Origin: Eledone cirrhosa
Lineage: Eukaryota
Reading direction: 5' to 3'
Assembly: GCA_964016885.1 (NCBI GenBank)
Contig: OZ024741.1
Location: 370,574,001 to 370,638,000, forward strand
Length of the DNA: 64,000 nt
Positions within the stretch are counted from its first letter, which is position 1. Every line of letters starts with the position of its first letter. Made by a program: the position numbers and the translations under genes. Under the pieces are notes generated by a model. It saw only the letters and a program-made list of their open reading frames with translations, did not search any database and had not been told where the DNA came from. Positions 1-14,011 of the stretch are shown one piece after another.

Positions 1-280
1 AAATATATGTATATATGTATGGGTGTGTGTGTATATGATGTATATATGTGTGTATGTATGTTTATGTGTGCCTATGTATGTGTATACATGTATGTAAGTA
101 TATGCTATATGTATATATGTATAAAAGTATTTATGTTTGTAACATGTATGTTATATATATATACACGGGTGTGTATGATTGTGTATAGAAGATTATATTA
201 ATAAATTATATATATATAATGTACATAATATATATATCTCTCTTCTCTCTCTCTCCCTCTCCCCCCTCTCTCTCTCTCTG

Positions 281-317
<37 letters not shown>

Positions 318-688
318 GCTGGGGTGCTCGTATGTGAATGGTAGAACGTGAGAGAGGACGTAAGGGATTGAAGGAGCAATTTCAGTGTATTTTCACAAAC
401 AAAACCTCAATGCTGACACACACACACACACACAAACAGCACACACACATACAGAGAGGAAGGGGGTGAGGCTGGTAATCTTTAAAAATTATTTTATTAA
501 ACTATAGTAATTGTATATATATAATTATATAGATACCTATGTGTATCTGTCTGAATATAGTTTTACTAATGATTTGAGCACTCTTGCAGTCACATACTCA
601 CGCGTGCGTGCACACTTATATATTTATATATATACATTTGCATTGAAATATGAATTCATACACATATACGTTATATATACATATCCAT

Positions 689-762
<74 letters not shown>

Positions 763-975
763 CTATTGTCATCTTGCCTGACGGTTTGAACTTTACAAAA
801 CCACCTGCCTCTTTGAGGTCAAATACCAACCCTACTACCATCTACAAACTGACCAATGATAATCAAGACTATTCCTGCTGACAACATTAATTTATTTCTA
901 ACAAGCTCATATGTCCCAACGCTCTGATACCTTCAAGACTATAAACACAGACCTGGCATATCTAAGAACTGACTA

Positions 976-1031
976 ACTGCCTGATGAGGTCATAGCCATT
1001 CAATGGGTATCATCGAAATATATACACCAGT
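976..1031 (+). ncRNA. Hammerhead motif, cleavage site mutated
   Basis: ACTGC CTGATGA GGTCATAGCCATT-C-AATGGGTATCATC GAAA TATATA CA CCAGT, then AATAAA. Confidence 0.65.
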
Positions 1032-1072
1032 AAATAAAGGATTATGAGTTGATGCAATTGACTTATGTTTCG

Positions 1073-1140
<68 letters not shown>

Positions 1141-1407
1141 AGTACAGCATATTCGAAGTTCGATCAGCAGCCAAGCCAACGAATGTCTTCAGTAGTGGAG
1201 CCAAGCACTCGACAAGGAACAAACCTCAGAGTAATAACATACAGTTTAAAAGGGCTTGCAAATTGAAAATAGCGACCGGTAATTTAGCCGCGTGATCTGT
1301 ATCAACGAAAGAACTGACTAGTGAGAATGGATATACACACACACATATATATATACATATAAAAATATACATACATACATACATATATGCACATATCTGT
1401 ATATATA

Positions 1408-1492
<85 letters not shown>

Positions 1493-1702
1493 AAGTCCAA
1501 AATTAAGATAAAATGAATTAAATGAATTTAACCTAAATCGAAATCATGGGTGTCATGACATAATGCATGCGCCATATATCCTGGGAATTTAAGCTCAAAG
1601 ATAAATAAATCCGAGCATATGGTTACACGCGAGCAAAAATTATCTCCTGTGATTATTCATGTATATTTATATGTTAATCAATCTCTAGTTATTATAGATA
1701 TA

Positions 1703-1769
<67 letters not shown>

Positions 1770-1942
1770 CATACATGTTAGAAACATAAATACTTTTATA
1801 CATATATACATATAGCATATACTTACATACATGTATACACATACATAGGCACACATATACATACATACACACATATATACATCATATACACACACACATA
1901 CATACATACATACATGCATACATACATACATACATACATACA

Positions 1943-2551
1943 TGGTGGCTGACAACTCGTTTTCGAGTACGGCCACTACTTTATATCCATGCAGGAGAAC
2001 CCCTACCAATGCGCTAAACGAGTGTGACTTTTTAGTCCAGCCAGCGACTTGAAAACTCTGGTACAAACACTACACTTGTGACAATTATTGACACATAGTG
2101 CTGGGCCCATGGTACCATGTGACGACAAGTGCAGAGAGATCTGCCGATATAAAGCAATGCCTGTGCCCTGAAGCTTTTATAGTGAGCAAAGGCACTGCAC
2201 AAAGCCAGTCCCACTCTCTTATCCAAGATGATATTTACCAAAAAGAAGAACAATTCAACATCATTGGATACCATCAGGGTTGCAGGTGTTATATCAGAGT
2301 TTTCCTTCTCCTAGAATTCTGCCTTGACAAAGGCTAAGGGGTCATCTCTCCCGGTGATTTTGGATGGCTATTGACTCTTAAGAGCCCCTTTGCCTTTTGA
2401 CAGGTTTTGTTTTTAGTCCTGTAGGATGTCCAAAGCCACCCTCATCACCAAGAAACCTTTGTAGGGTTACCAGTTTAATCGCCAACGACCCGACCATGAG
2501 ACAGGTTGTACTGGGATACATGTTACCAGTAGCACCAACCGGTGACCTGAC
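1943..2551 (-). mobile_element. Bipartite non-autonomous RTE-derived element, copy 1
   Basis: RTE-type 5'UTR motif CTAGGAGAAGGAAAACTCTGA, remnant C2H2 finger ([14 protein letters not shown]), RTE-like 3' hairpin CTCGAAAACGAG and (TGTA)n tail. Confidence 0.75.
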
Positions 2552-2625
2552 ACATATATATATATACATATATATATACATACATACATACACATACACA
2601 TATATATATACATACATACACATAC

Positions 2626-2656
<31 letters not shown>

Positions 2657-2817
2657 CACACACATACATACACATACATACATACATACATATACATACA
2701 TACATACATATACATACATACATACACATACATACATACATACACATACACACACATATATACACATATACATATACACATATATATATACACATATATA
2801 TATATACACATATACAC

Positions 2818-2848
<31 letters not shown>

Positions 2849-3080
2849 CATATACATATACATACACACATATACATATACATATACATACATATACACA
2901 TATACACATATACATATATATACATATACACACATATACATATACATACACATACACACATATACACATACATACACATACATATACACACACATATATA
3001 TACATATACACATATACACATATATATACATACATACATATACATATACACATATACATATATACATATACATATATATA

Positions 3081-3689
3081 TGGTGGCTGCCAACTCATTT
3101 TCGAGTACGGCCACTACTTTATATCCATGTAGGAGAACCCCTACCGAAGCGCTGAACGAGTGTGACTTTTTAGTCCAGCCAGCGACTTGAAACCTCTGGT
3201 ACAAACACTACACTTGTGACAATTATTGACACATAGTGCTGGGCCCATGGTACCATGTGAGGACAAGTGCAGAGAGATCTCCAGATACAAAGCAATGCCT
3301 GTGCCATGAAGCTTTTATAGTGAGCAAAGGCACTGCACAAAGCCAGTCCCACTCTCTTAACCAAGATGATATTTACCAAAAAGAAGAACAAGTCAACATC
3401 ATTGGATACCATCAGGGTTGCAGGTGTTATATCAGAGTTTTCCTTCTCCTAGAATTCTGCCTTGACAAAGGCTAAGGGGTCATCTCTCCCGGTGATTTTG
3501 GATGGCTATTGACTCTTAAGAGCCCCTTTGCCTTTTGACAGGTTTTGTTTTTAGTCCTGCAGGATGTCCAAAGCCACCCTCCTCACCAAGAAACCTTGGT
3601 GGGGTTACCAGTTTAGTCGCCAACGACCCGACCATGAGACAGGTTGTACTGGGTTACATGTTACCAGTAGCACCAACTGGTGACCTGAC
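3081..3689 (-). mobile_element. Bipartite RTE-derived element, copy 2
   Basis: Near-identical to copy 1; period about 1.13 kb. Confidence 0.75.
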
Positions 3690-4208
3690 ACATATATATA
3701 TATACATATATATATACATACATACATACACATACACATATATATATACATACATACACATACATATATATACATACATATATATACAAACATACACACA
3801 CATACATACACATACATACATACATACATATACATACATACATATACATACATACATACACATACATACATACATACACATACACACACATATATACACA
3901 TATACATATACACATATATATATAAACATATATATATACACATATACACATATACATATATATATATATACACATACATATACATATACATACACACATA
4001 TACATATACATTCATATACACATATACACATATACATATATATACATATACACACATATACATATACATATACATACACATACACACATATACACATACA
4101 TACACATACATATACACACACATATATATACATATACACATATACACATATATATACATACATACATATACATATACACATATACATATATACATATACA
4201 TATATATA

Positions 4209-4816
4209 TGGTGGCTGCCAACTCGTTTTCGAGTACGGCCACTACTTTATATCCATGTAGGAGAACCCCTACCGAAGCGCTGAACGAGCGTGACTTTTTA
4301 GTCCAGCCAGCGACTTGAAACCTCTGGTACAAACACTACACTTGTGACAATTATTGACACATAGTGCTGGGCCCATGTACCATGTGAGGACAAGTGCAGA
4401 GAGATCTCCAGATACAAAGCAATGCCTGTGCCATGAAGCTTTTATAGTGAGCAAAGGCACTGCACAAAGCCAGTCCCACTCTCTTAACCAAGATGATATT
4501 TACCAAAAAGAAGAACAAGTCAACATCATTGGATACCATCAGGGTTGCAGGTGTTATATCAGAGTTTTCCTTCTCCTAGAATTCTGCCTTGACAAAGGCT
4601 AAGGGGTCATCTCTCCCGGTGATTTTGGATGGCCATTGACTCTTAAGAGCTCCTTTGCCCTTTGACAGGTTTTGTTTTTAGTCCTGCAGGATGTCCAAAG
4701 TCACCCTCCTCACCAAGAAACCTTGGTGGGGTTGCCAGTTTAGTCGCCAACGACCCGACCATGAGACAGGTTGTACTGGGATACATGTTACCAGTAGCAC
4801 CAACTGGTGACCTCAC
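4209..4816 (-). mobile_element. Bipartite RTE-derived element, copy 3
   Basis: Near-identical to copies 1 and 2; ORF 4269-4460 reads [22 protein letters not shown]. Confidence 0.75.
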
Positions 4817-4881
4817 ATACATACATACATACATACATACATACATACATACATACATACATACATACATACATACATACA

Positions 4882-5141
4882 TAATATCAAATATTAGTGA
4901 AAAGGAGAACATTTATGCAGAACTGATGAGAAATCTGCAGATACTCCACTCTGATTACACCTTCAGATTTATATCTGTGGTTATTGGGGCACTGGGATAT
5001 GTTAGTAACTGCCTCAATACAAATCTTGAGAAGCTCGGCTTCACAGGAACAGAAAGAACACAACTAGTTAGGAAACTACAAGTACAATCCATTAATGGAA
5101 CAATAAAAATATGTAAAACATTCCAAAAATGTTGCATCTAA
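4882..5141 (+). pseudogene. C-terminus of a restriction-like endonuclease of a retroelement
   Basis: EKENIYAEL (K..KY..L-like), VVIGALGYV, LEKLG, LQ....G.IKI.K.F; followed by a degenerate hammerhead at about 5266-5361. Confidence 0.65.
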
Positions 5142-6234
5142 TAACTGCATATACACATATACAGATACAAAGCATATACACATGCACACATACAACTCAA
5201 AACATACACATCCACACATACAATAACATCCATATCTACACATGCATGCATACATACATATCTACCTAGTTGATGTGTAAATTCCAAAGAGAGAGTCTTG
5301 TGTCTATGTTAGAAACCGACTCTCTCTCTATTGGTAAAACTTTGTGAAATTATAAAACCAGATATAAAAACAAATAACGAAACGAAATTAAATTTCGTTT
5401 CGTTTGTAACTCACTTTTGTAATATATATATATATATATATACGCATTCGTGAGGTTGTGATTTCGATTCACAGACCGGGGTGTTGCGTTATGTCCTTAA
5501 GCAAGACACTATTTCACCTTGGTCCGATTTGATGAGTTCCACCCCACTCGTTAAGTGGATGAGGTCTGGGATCTTGTTGATCGACTATTGATAGATGCGA
5601 CTTCCCAAGACGAATCAGTGTGACACAATATGTGACAAAGCTTGTCGTTTGAATTACAAGTACAGTCGATCATGCATTGTAGTGTGAGTGGCTGAGCATT
5701 CCAAAGACACGTGTACCCTTCATCTATGACACTGTGTCTCTAGGCTTGCGTTGACGCAAAGCTACACATAAGATAGAATATGCATGGATCAAATACTTTT
5801 GATGAGGGCGTGTTCGATCAAGTCAGGCCGCCACCACCAACCACCACCCCACACCACCTCCATTACACCATCACCTTCATCTCACCACAACCACCACCAC
5901 CATTACTCCACGGCTGCCACCATCGCCATGACAACACCACAAACACCATTAACATCACCAACAAATCACCATCACAATTGCTACATCACAACTAACAAAG
6001 CCCACGAAGATGTTATCACTTCAGAAAGTTTAAGGAAATCTTTCTCAAATCTTGCTACCAGTGTGTGTGTGCGTGTATGTGTGTGTATAAACGTGTATGT
6101 TTGTGTGTGGGTGTGTAAGTTCATTGGAGTGGAATAGTCATGGTTAGGTTGGACAGAAGAGTGCATTCAGGGGGAACAATTCATGTGTACTTCACTGTAA
6201 TAGTTTCTTTTCTCCTCTCTTTCTTTCTCTCTCT

Positions 6235-6291
<57 letters not shown>

Positions 6292-6702
6292 TATATATAG
6301 ATGTGTGTATGTGTCTGTTTCTCCTATCCACACACACACATGCACACACATACACATAAGCCCCTCTCTCTTTGGCTCCCATCTCTCTCTCTCTCTCTCT
6401 CCCTCTCTCTCTCCTCTCTCTCTCTCTATATATATATATATTCACATTGGGAGGTAGTGAGAGAGAGAGTTTTGTGTATGCGTATATATATATGTGTGTG
6501 CGTGTTTGTGTGTGTATATATACATACATTTGTACTTGGTGTGTGTATGTGTGCTGTAAGCACGAGCGGTTTTCCTCTTGATCTGTGCTTTAGCTGTAAA
6601 CTCTCGTTAAACTCTCGCTCTGATGAAATGGCCATCTTCATTGACCTCTCAACTTAAGACGCACACACACACACACAAACATAAACATACACACACACCC
6701 GT

Positions 6703-6765
<63 letters not shown>

Positions 6766-8619
6766 AACACACACACACACACACAAACACGTACACACAC
6801 AAACACGCACACACACGCACACACGTACACACACAAACACACACACACACGTACACACACAAACACACATACACACACGTATACACACACACACATACAC
6901 ACACACACACACAAACACACAAACATACACGTACACACATGCAAACACGCACACACGTACACACACAAACACACACACGTACACACACAAACACACATAC
7001 ACACATGTATACACACACACACATACACACACACACAAACACACACAGACACACACTTACACACACACGAATGCACACTCATACACAAACTCTTACACAG
7101 GCAGTGATGGCGTTGATGAGACTGAAAAGCCTCCTACACGCTTTTCAATGTCGAAGATTGGGACGATTTCTTGTGTGTGTGAGTGTGTGTGTGAGTGTGC
7201 GCGTGTGTGTTTATGCATGTGTGAGTATGTTTCTGTCTATGTGTGTATGTGTATACGTGTTTGTAATGCATTTGTATATGCGTCTAGTGTGTGCATATGT
7301 GAGTGTGTATGTATGTGCATGTATGGGTGTCTTTTTTATGTATGTGTGCGTGTCTGCGTGTGTATGTGGGTGTATTTGAGTGTTTATGTGTGTGAGAGTG
7401 TGTTTATGTGTACGTGTCTGTATTGCGTATTTGTGTTTGTATGTATTTGTGTGTATTTGCGTGAGAGTGTGTTTATGTGTGTGCGTTTATATGTGTGTGT
7501 GTGTGTCTGTATTGTGTGTGTGTGTATTTGGTGTGCATGTGTGAGTGTGCGTGTGTGTACATGTGCGTCTGTATATGAGTGTATGTGTGTATGAGTGTGT
7601 ATGTGTATGTGTGTGTATGAGTGTGTATGTGTATGCGTGTGTGTGTGTGTGTGGAGTGTTTGATTAATTTATAAAACTCTAAATGATGAAATATTGAACT
7701 ATGTTGATCTTTAGATGGTTTAAGTGGTTGACCAATGGAACATGGCTGACAAAACCTGGATGTAGGAGGGTGGGGGCTTGTGAGGAGGACTGTAAAGATG
7801 GGGAAGAATGGGGGGCATTGTTGTAAGTGGTGTGGGGAATGGCGAGGTAGGGAGTGTTGGGGCGATGAGTGGTTGGAGTTTCGGAGAGGTAGGGTCTGTG
7901 GGGAGGTGGGCAAATTGAGGTTTGGTTTAAGTAATGAAACATGGCTGACCAAACCTTGATACTAGGTAGGTGGGGGCGCATGGGGAGGCCTCGTGCTGAT
8001 ACACGGCCGATGCAAGAAGGAGAGAGAAAAAAGGAAAAGAAAACGGAAGCAAGAAGAACAAAGATAGAGATAGCTAGAGAGGGGAGATAAATGGTAGGGT
8101 CTGGTGTTTGGGTAATTGTATGGTAGGTTGGTTTGGTGTTTGGGTGGCTAAATAGATGGGTGGTTGGGTGGTTGGGTGGTTAGTTTTTCTGAAACCTAAA
8201 GACATCATTGTTTAAGGAGTTAGTCTCAAAAGAGATTTCAAACTTAAAGAGAGTCGAAACAAAAAGAAATGGTGGCTTAACATGATGAAGTCTTTAATAG
8301 TTGGTCATGTACAGAGCTGCAGTACCATGTAAATTGGCCAAACATACACACATAAAGACATACACACACGGATCGAGCTTTTGACCCTTTCCGACTTTTC
8401 GACCTTGCTAATAGATGAACCGTTACTAATATGATTACAACAAGAAATAGACTCACAAGAAATTTACTCATCTTCAATCATGTACTTATTAGCATCTATC
8501 TATAAAGTTATATCTGTCAGTGTATCTTTCTTTCTATATTTATATGTATCTTTTTGTGTCTCTATCTGTGTGTACACCGTTCTTCTATATTTGCATCTAT
8601 CTGTATGTTTATCTGTGTG

Positions 8620-8671
<52 letters not shown>

Positions 8672-8898
8672 CACACCTTCCGACCAATTTATATGTATTT
8701 TATCTGTTATTTTAATAAATATATATATATAGATATATATATATATATATATACATGTACATATCTATCCATTTATATATCTGTACATCTATTTAAGTGT
8801 TTGCCTGTCTCTATCTTTCTCTCTCACTCACATATAAACACACATACACACACACAATACAGTCTACCTCACTCTCTATGAGTGTGTCTGTGTATGCG

Positions 8899-9150
<252 letters not shown>

Positions 9151-9335
9151 CATATGCATATATGTATATAAGGGATTGGTGTGAAGGAACGTTGAGTGTC
9201 AAGATAACTTAATAGAATGACGGAAGAGAAAATACTCAGGGCCACGTGCTGCATGAAAAACCTTTAGTAAATATACTTAATGTAGGGGACCAGGAATCAT
9301 TATGTTTATATATATAGATGTGTGTAAAAATGTAG

Positions 9336-9385
<50 letters not shown>

Positions 9386-9396
9386 TATATATATAT

Positions 9397-9779
9397 ATAA
9401 AATTGAAAAAATGTGAAGAATAACATGGTCAACAGTACAAAAAAGGGGAATTTATTTACAGTCTAACAATTGTTTCTCTCATTGAGTTGTCTAAAAATTG
9501 CTGAACACTAGAAGCAGTGCCACTCAATTTTAAATACGATGCTAGCTCAATCATGTCACTGTTATATAAATTAATATTATTATTGATGCTGTAATTTGAA
9601 TTTGTAGATTTGCCGTTTATATATATTTTTTATAGCATCGTATTTAAAATTGAGTGGCACTGCTTCTAGTGTTCAACAATTTTTAGACAACTCAATCAAA
9701 GAAACAATTGTTAGACTGTAAATAAATTCCCGTTTTGTACTGTTGACCATGTTATTCTTCACATTTTTTCAATTTTATT
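9397..9779. repeat. Inverted repeat with ~147-bp arms
   Basis: 9397-9544 / 9633-9779; each arm carries GAAACAATTGTTAGACTGT-AAATAAA (hammerhead 3' half-like plus polyA signal). Confidence 0.85.
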
Positions 9780-9940
9780 ACTCCAAGATAAACTTACATA
9801 GGAATACAAGTCAAATCATAAACTCGCCATCTACGTAAACCCCTTGTTGAGTCAAGCAAAGCCCTACGCTAAAACTATCCATAATAATAAGTATTCACAA
9901 CCTCTAACTGGATTACCTATAACGATATTTTGTTATCCCT

Positions 9941-9978
<38 letters not shown>

Positions 9979-9982
<4 letters not shown>

Positions 9983-10085
9983 CATGCCAGTCCGACCCAC
10001 GTCTAGTACCATTTAACCGTGCACATTTGAATTTCAAATGTGCACGGTTAAATGGTACTAGACGTGGGTCGGACTGGCATGAAAA
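9979..10085. repeat. Perfect 107-bp palindrome
   Basis: TTTTCATGCCAG..CATTTGAA-T-TTCAAATG..CTGGCATGAAAA; the right arm continues as a direct repeat of 11101-11292. Confidence 0.9.
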
Positions 10086-10331
10086 TTTACACACTTATGT
10101 AAAAAGTGCCAAGGAAGCAAATAGACGAGGTTTCAAATCTCTAACTTGAAAAATGTGGTCCCTGGGGCCCCAAAACTATCGCGTTCGGTGAGTTATTTCC
10201 CCCTGTTCTAATACTTTTGTCTTATTTACAATTTCATCATCCTTCTACATTTAACGATCATACAAGTACCGTTTTATTAAATCGATTCTGCAGTACGGTC
10301 ACTGTTTTCCATCAAAAGAAATAAAACCCTT

Positions 10332-10771
10332 GGTGATACTTGGTTTTAGTGTCCTAAATTATCATCATCGACATTCAATTACTAGCTCCACCCACTACAC
10401 GATACGTCACGAAGGTAAATGTTTCGAAAAAAATTTAAACTGTATATCGCAACAATATATTGTTTAAAGAAATTTTTTTTCTGTTGTTAAAAACTGTAAA
10501 TCTGTTTTTAAAAAAATGTATTTCGCAGCAATTTTTTTCTGTTAAAAACTGTAAATAAATATTCATGTAAAAATGAAGCATAGTGTTTCGGTTAAAAACT
10601 TAAAAACTGTAAATAAATATTCGTGTAAAAATGAAGCATGTAAGAAAATGAATATGTAAAAATCAAGCCGCAGCAGCAGCTGATGACGTGTCGTGACGTA
10701 TTGTGTAGTGGGTGGAGCTAATAATTGAATGTCGCTGATGATAATTTAGGACACTAAAACCAAGTATCGCC
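10332..10771. mobile_element. MITE, Merlin-like
   Basis: About 80-bp TIRs starting GGTGATACTTGG and ending CCAAGTATCGCC; exact 8-bp TSD AAACCCTT at 10324-10331 and 10772-10779. Confidence 0.8.
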
Positions 10772-11039
10772 AAACCCTTAAATTGCGAAGAAGGGACGCG
10801 TGTTTTTATTTTAATTCTAATACATGTTAACCATCACTAATAGTAAGTAGTATTTTTCAAATTGCATATCATCGACATTGCTATTTTGCTGTTAATAAAC
10901 AACGCTTTTCACGTCGCTCCACTTCTCATTGTACGCCGTCCAGCCCCAAGTGCATATTTCTATTTTTTTTCCTGAAACTGCTTCTTTATAATAAACTTTC
11001 AATAATATTTTTCAAATTATTAACTTAATAAAAAGTGGC

Positions 11040-11068
11040 CCCGGATGCAACCGGGCTCAGCTGCTGGT
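11040..11068 (+). mobile_element. Helitron-type 3' terminus
   Basis: GC hairpin CCCGG-ATGCAA-CCGGG, 8-nt spacer, CTGG then T (CTRR^T). Confidence 0.5.
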
Positions 11069-11510
11069 CTAATATATATTTGTGAAATGGGCGGTGGTTG
11101 AAATTCAGATGTGCATGGTTAAATGGTAGTAGACGTGGTCGGACGGACATGAAAAGTTACACACCTATGTAAAAAGGGCCAAGGAAGCAAATGAACGCGG
11201 TTTCAAATCTCTAACTTGAAAAATGTGGTCCCTGGGGCCCCAAAACTATCGCGTTCGGTGAGTTATTTCCCCCTGTTCTAATACTTTTGTCTAAAAAAAA
11301 CATATCAAATACAACGTTATTATGTGACACATATTGGGTAGGGGAACCCTGGGGACAGGAACCCCCTTTTGGAAAAAGCGGATGATTTTGTAAAAGTATA
11401 GTTTTCGAAGCAGTACTGTAGTATTGACATAAATGGTATACACAACTGCTATTTAATATCCGATAAGGTATCTTTTCTTGGTTATGTCAAAATTTATAAA
11501 ACAAACTTTG

Positions 11511-11571
11511 TATTTTATCTGATGAAAGCGTACCAAAGTTTTGGTACCCTTGCAATATATATAATAGAATA
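11511..11571 (+). ncRNA. Hammerhead motif, core mutated (GAAA to GCAA)
   Basis: TATTTTAT CTGATGA AAGCGTACCAAA-GT-TTTGGTACCCTT GCAA TATATA TA ATAGAATA. Confidence 0.7.
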
Positions 11572-11611
11572 AATATGGTTTTATAAATATAGTTTCCATT
11601 TATTAAATATC

Positions 11612-11691
<80 letters not shown>

Positions 11692-11692
11692 T

Positions 11693-11750
<58 letters not shown>

Positions 11751-11785
11751 TATATATATATGCATATATATACAGTATATATATT

Positions 11786-11825
11786 ACGAGCTGAGGATCC
11801 GCTAAGGTGAAACAATTGTCGTCGG
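11786..11825 (+). ncRNA. Minimal hammerhead motif inside a (TA)n tract
   Basis: CGAG CTGAGGA TCC-GCTAA-GGT GAAA CAATTG TC GTCG; GUC triplet; closing pairs imperfect. Confidence 0.65.
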
Positions 11826-11853
11826 TATGGTGAACTAACTGTTGTATAACCAC

Positions 11854-11991
<138 letters not shown>

Positions 11992-11995
11992 GTGG

Positions 11996-12143
<148 letters not shown>

Positions 12144-12182
12144 ATATTTAATAAATGGAAACTATATTTATAAAACCATATT

Positions 12183-12243
12183 TATTCTATTATATATATT
12201 GCAAGGGTACCAAAACTTTGGTACGCTTTCATCAGATAAAATA
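12183..12243 (-). ncRNA. Hammerhead motif, identical inverted copy of 11511-11571
   Basis: Exact reverse complement, including the GCAA change. Confidence 0.7.
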
Positions 12244-13334
12244 CAAAGTTTGTTTTATAAATTTTGACATAACCAAGAAAAGATACCTTAACGCTTCAAG
12301 TTTTTCTTGGATAGTGAAGAGAAAAGAGAAGTCTGAGAAAAGAAAAGTCTGATATTTGAAATTATTAAGATGAGTATGCAAATGAGGTTGAGGTATAGGG
12401 ATGAAAAAACGTTATTTTAGACGCTATGCAGAATTTGAATAATTAGGATATATGTATGAGTAGGAAGAAGAAAAAAAAAGAAGAGCTTGTATTTATGTTA
12501 ATTTAAAAGGAATTAACAATTTGCGGGAATGGTGGAATATGATTCCAGAATTTAAATTTATCTAGCTATATTATTGTATATATAATCAATTAGATTATAT
12601 GAAGAATTATGGTTGTAAGTAGATTTTATCTTATTACATTACAATGGATTGTAAGTATATAAATATCTATATAGATTAATAATTGTATATGTATAAGTAT
12701 TATAGAAACAGAAATAATTTACAATTATTAGTTGTTTACATTTCTAATATGAGTTACGAAGTATGTTGATTTTGCATTTTACATAAAAAAACACATAGTT
12801 CAAGTTGTAAGAGGAGAACAATTTGTGGATTCAAATATTTTGTTCCAACATTGAAAATGTTTTCAGAATATTGTTAATTTAGCGAAGTTATATGGTTTAT
12901 CATACATATTATATTATAATATAATGTTTATGTTTGCACGATTGAAAAGGGAAAGATAACTCCAATCTTGTTTGTTAGCCGTTAAATTTGATGAATGATT
13001 TACTCAGAAAATATATAGAGAAAATTATATATTATTTTGTGTGAGATTAATTTCAATTATATATTATTTTAGTCGAAAGATGTGTGAAAGTTTGAAGATC
13101 AAACGAAGAGGAAAAAAGTAATGTGCATTTCGAAGAACTATCGTAAAGAGGATACACTTTCAGAATGTCAATTAAAGATTATCAATCTACATCTAAAAAA
13201 ATATATTTAGAGGGGTATCATTAGGAAAATAATGTCAAAGGGTAAATATAGTGAAAAAAAAAATTTTTTAATTTAAAAATTAATGTCAAATGGTAAAATT
13301 ACCGTTCCTTCAATCTTTCTAATTTCTCATTCTT

Positions 13335-13370
13335 TCTTCTGATGAAAGACTATCGTCCGAAATGTTAAGA
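13335..13370 (+). ncRNA. Ultra-minimal hammerhead motif
   Basis: TCTT CTGATGA A AGAC-TATC-GTCC GAAA TG TT AAGA. Confidence 0.6.
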
Positions 13371-13518
13371 CCCTCTTCCTGCTATTTCAAGCATTAACCT
13401 AATATATTCTTTCCATATACTATACCGATTGTGTTGTTATTTCTGTTTACCTTTTACATATGTCTGTGCATACGTATATAGTATATATTATAAGCAATAT
13501 ATATGTGTGTGTGTGTAA

Positions 13519-13571
<53 letters not shown>

Positions 13572-13612
13572 CGAAACATAAGTCAATTGCATGAACTCAT
13601 AATCCTTTATTT

Positions 13613-13668
13613 ACTGCTATATATATTTCGATGATAGCCATTGAATGGCTATGACCTTATCAGGCAGT
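13613..13668 (-). ncRNA. Hammerhead motif, same family as 976-1031 (core CTGATAA)
   Basis: ACTGC CTGATAA ..AATGGCTATCATC GAAA TATATA TA GCAGT; the consensus of the two copies restores a canonical fold. Confidence 0.7.
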
Positions 13669-13728
13669 TTGTCAGTTCTTAGATATGCCAGCTCTGTGTG
13701 TATAGTGTTGATGGTGTTTATAGTGATG

Positions 13729-13766
<38 letters not shown>

Positions 13767-13816
13767 GTGTGTTTATATATATAGATATAAATATATATAT
13801 AAATATATATATATAT

Positions 13817-13925
<109 letters not shown>

Positions 13926-13926
13926 T

Positions 13927-13959
<33 letters not shown>

Positions 13960-13974
13960 ATGTTTATAGTGATG

Positions 13975-14011
<37 letters not shown>

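Noticed and set aside
1140-1198. Minus-strand CTGAAGA followed by a hairpin
   Set aside because: GAAA and helices I/III are not recoverable; too degenerate to call
2098-2337. Recurrent 79-80 aa ORFs in the 600-bp element
   Set aside because: Conservation reflects recent copying; non-ATG starts and no domain
1943-4816. Repeat-spacer pattern resembling a CRISPR array
   Set aside because: Repeats are 600 bp, spacers are copied microsatellite, there are no cas genes and the context is eukaryotic
8621-8671. (TATC)n tract as a Tx1 junction
   Set aside because: No element sequence is adjacent; it is an empty potential target
12290-13300. AT-rich stretch that might be a decayed Penelope RT on the minus strand
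   Set aside because: Only vague motif resemblance; needs a translated HMM search
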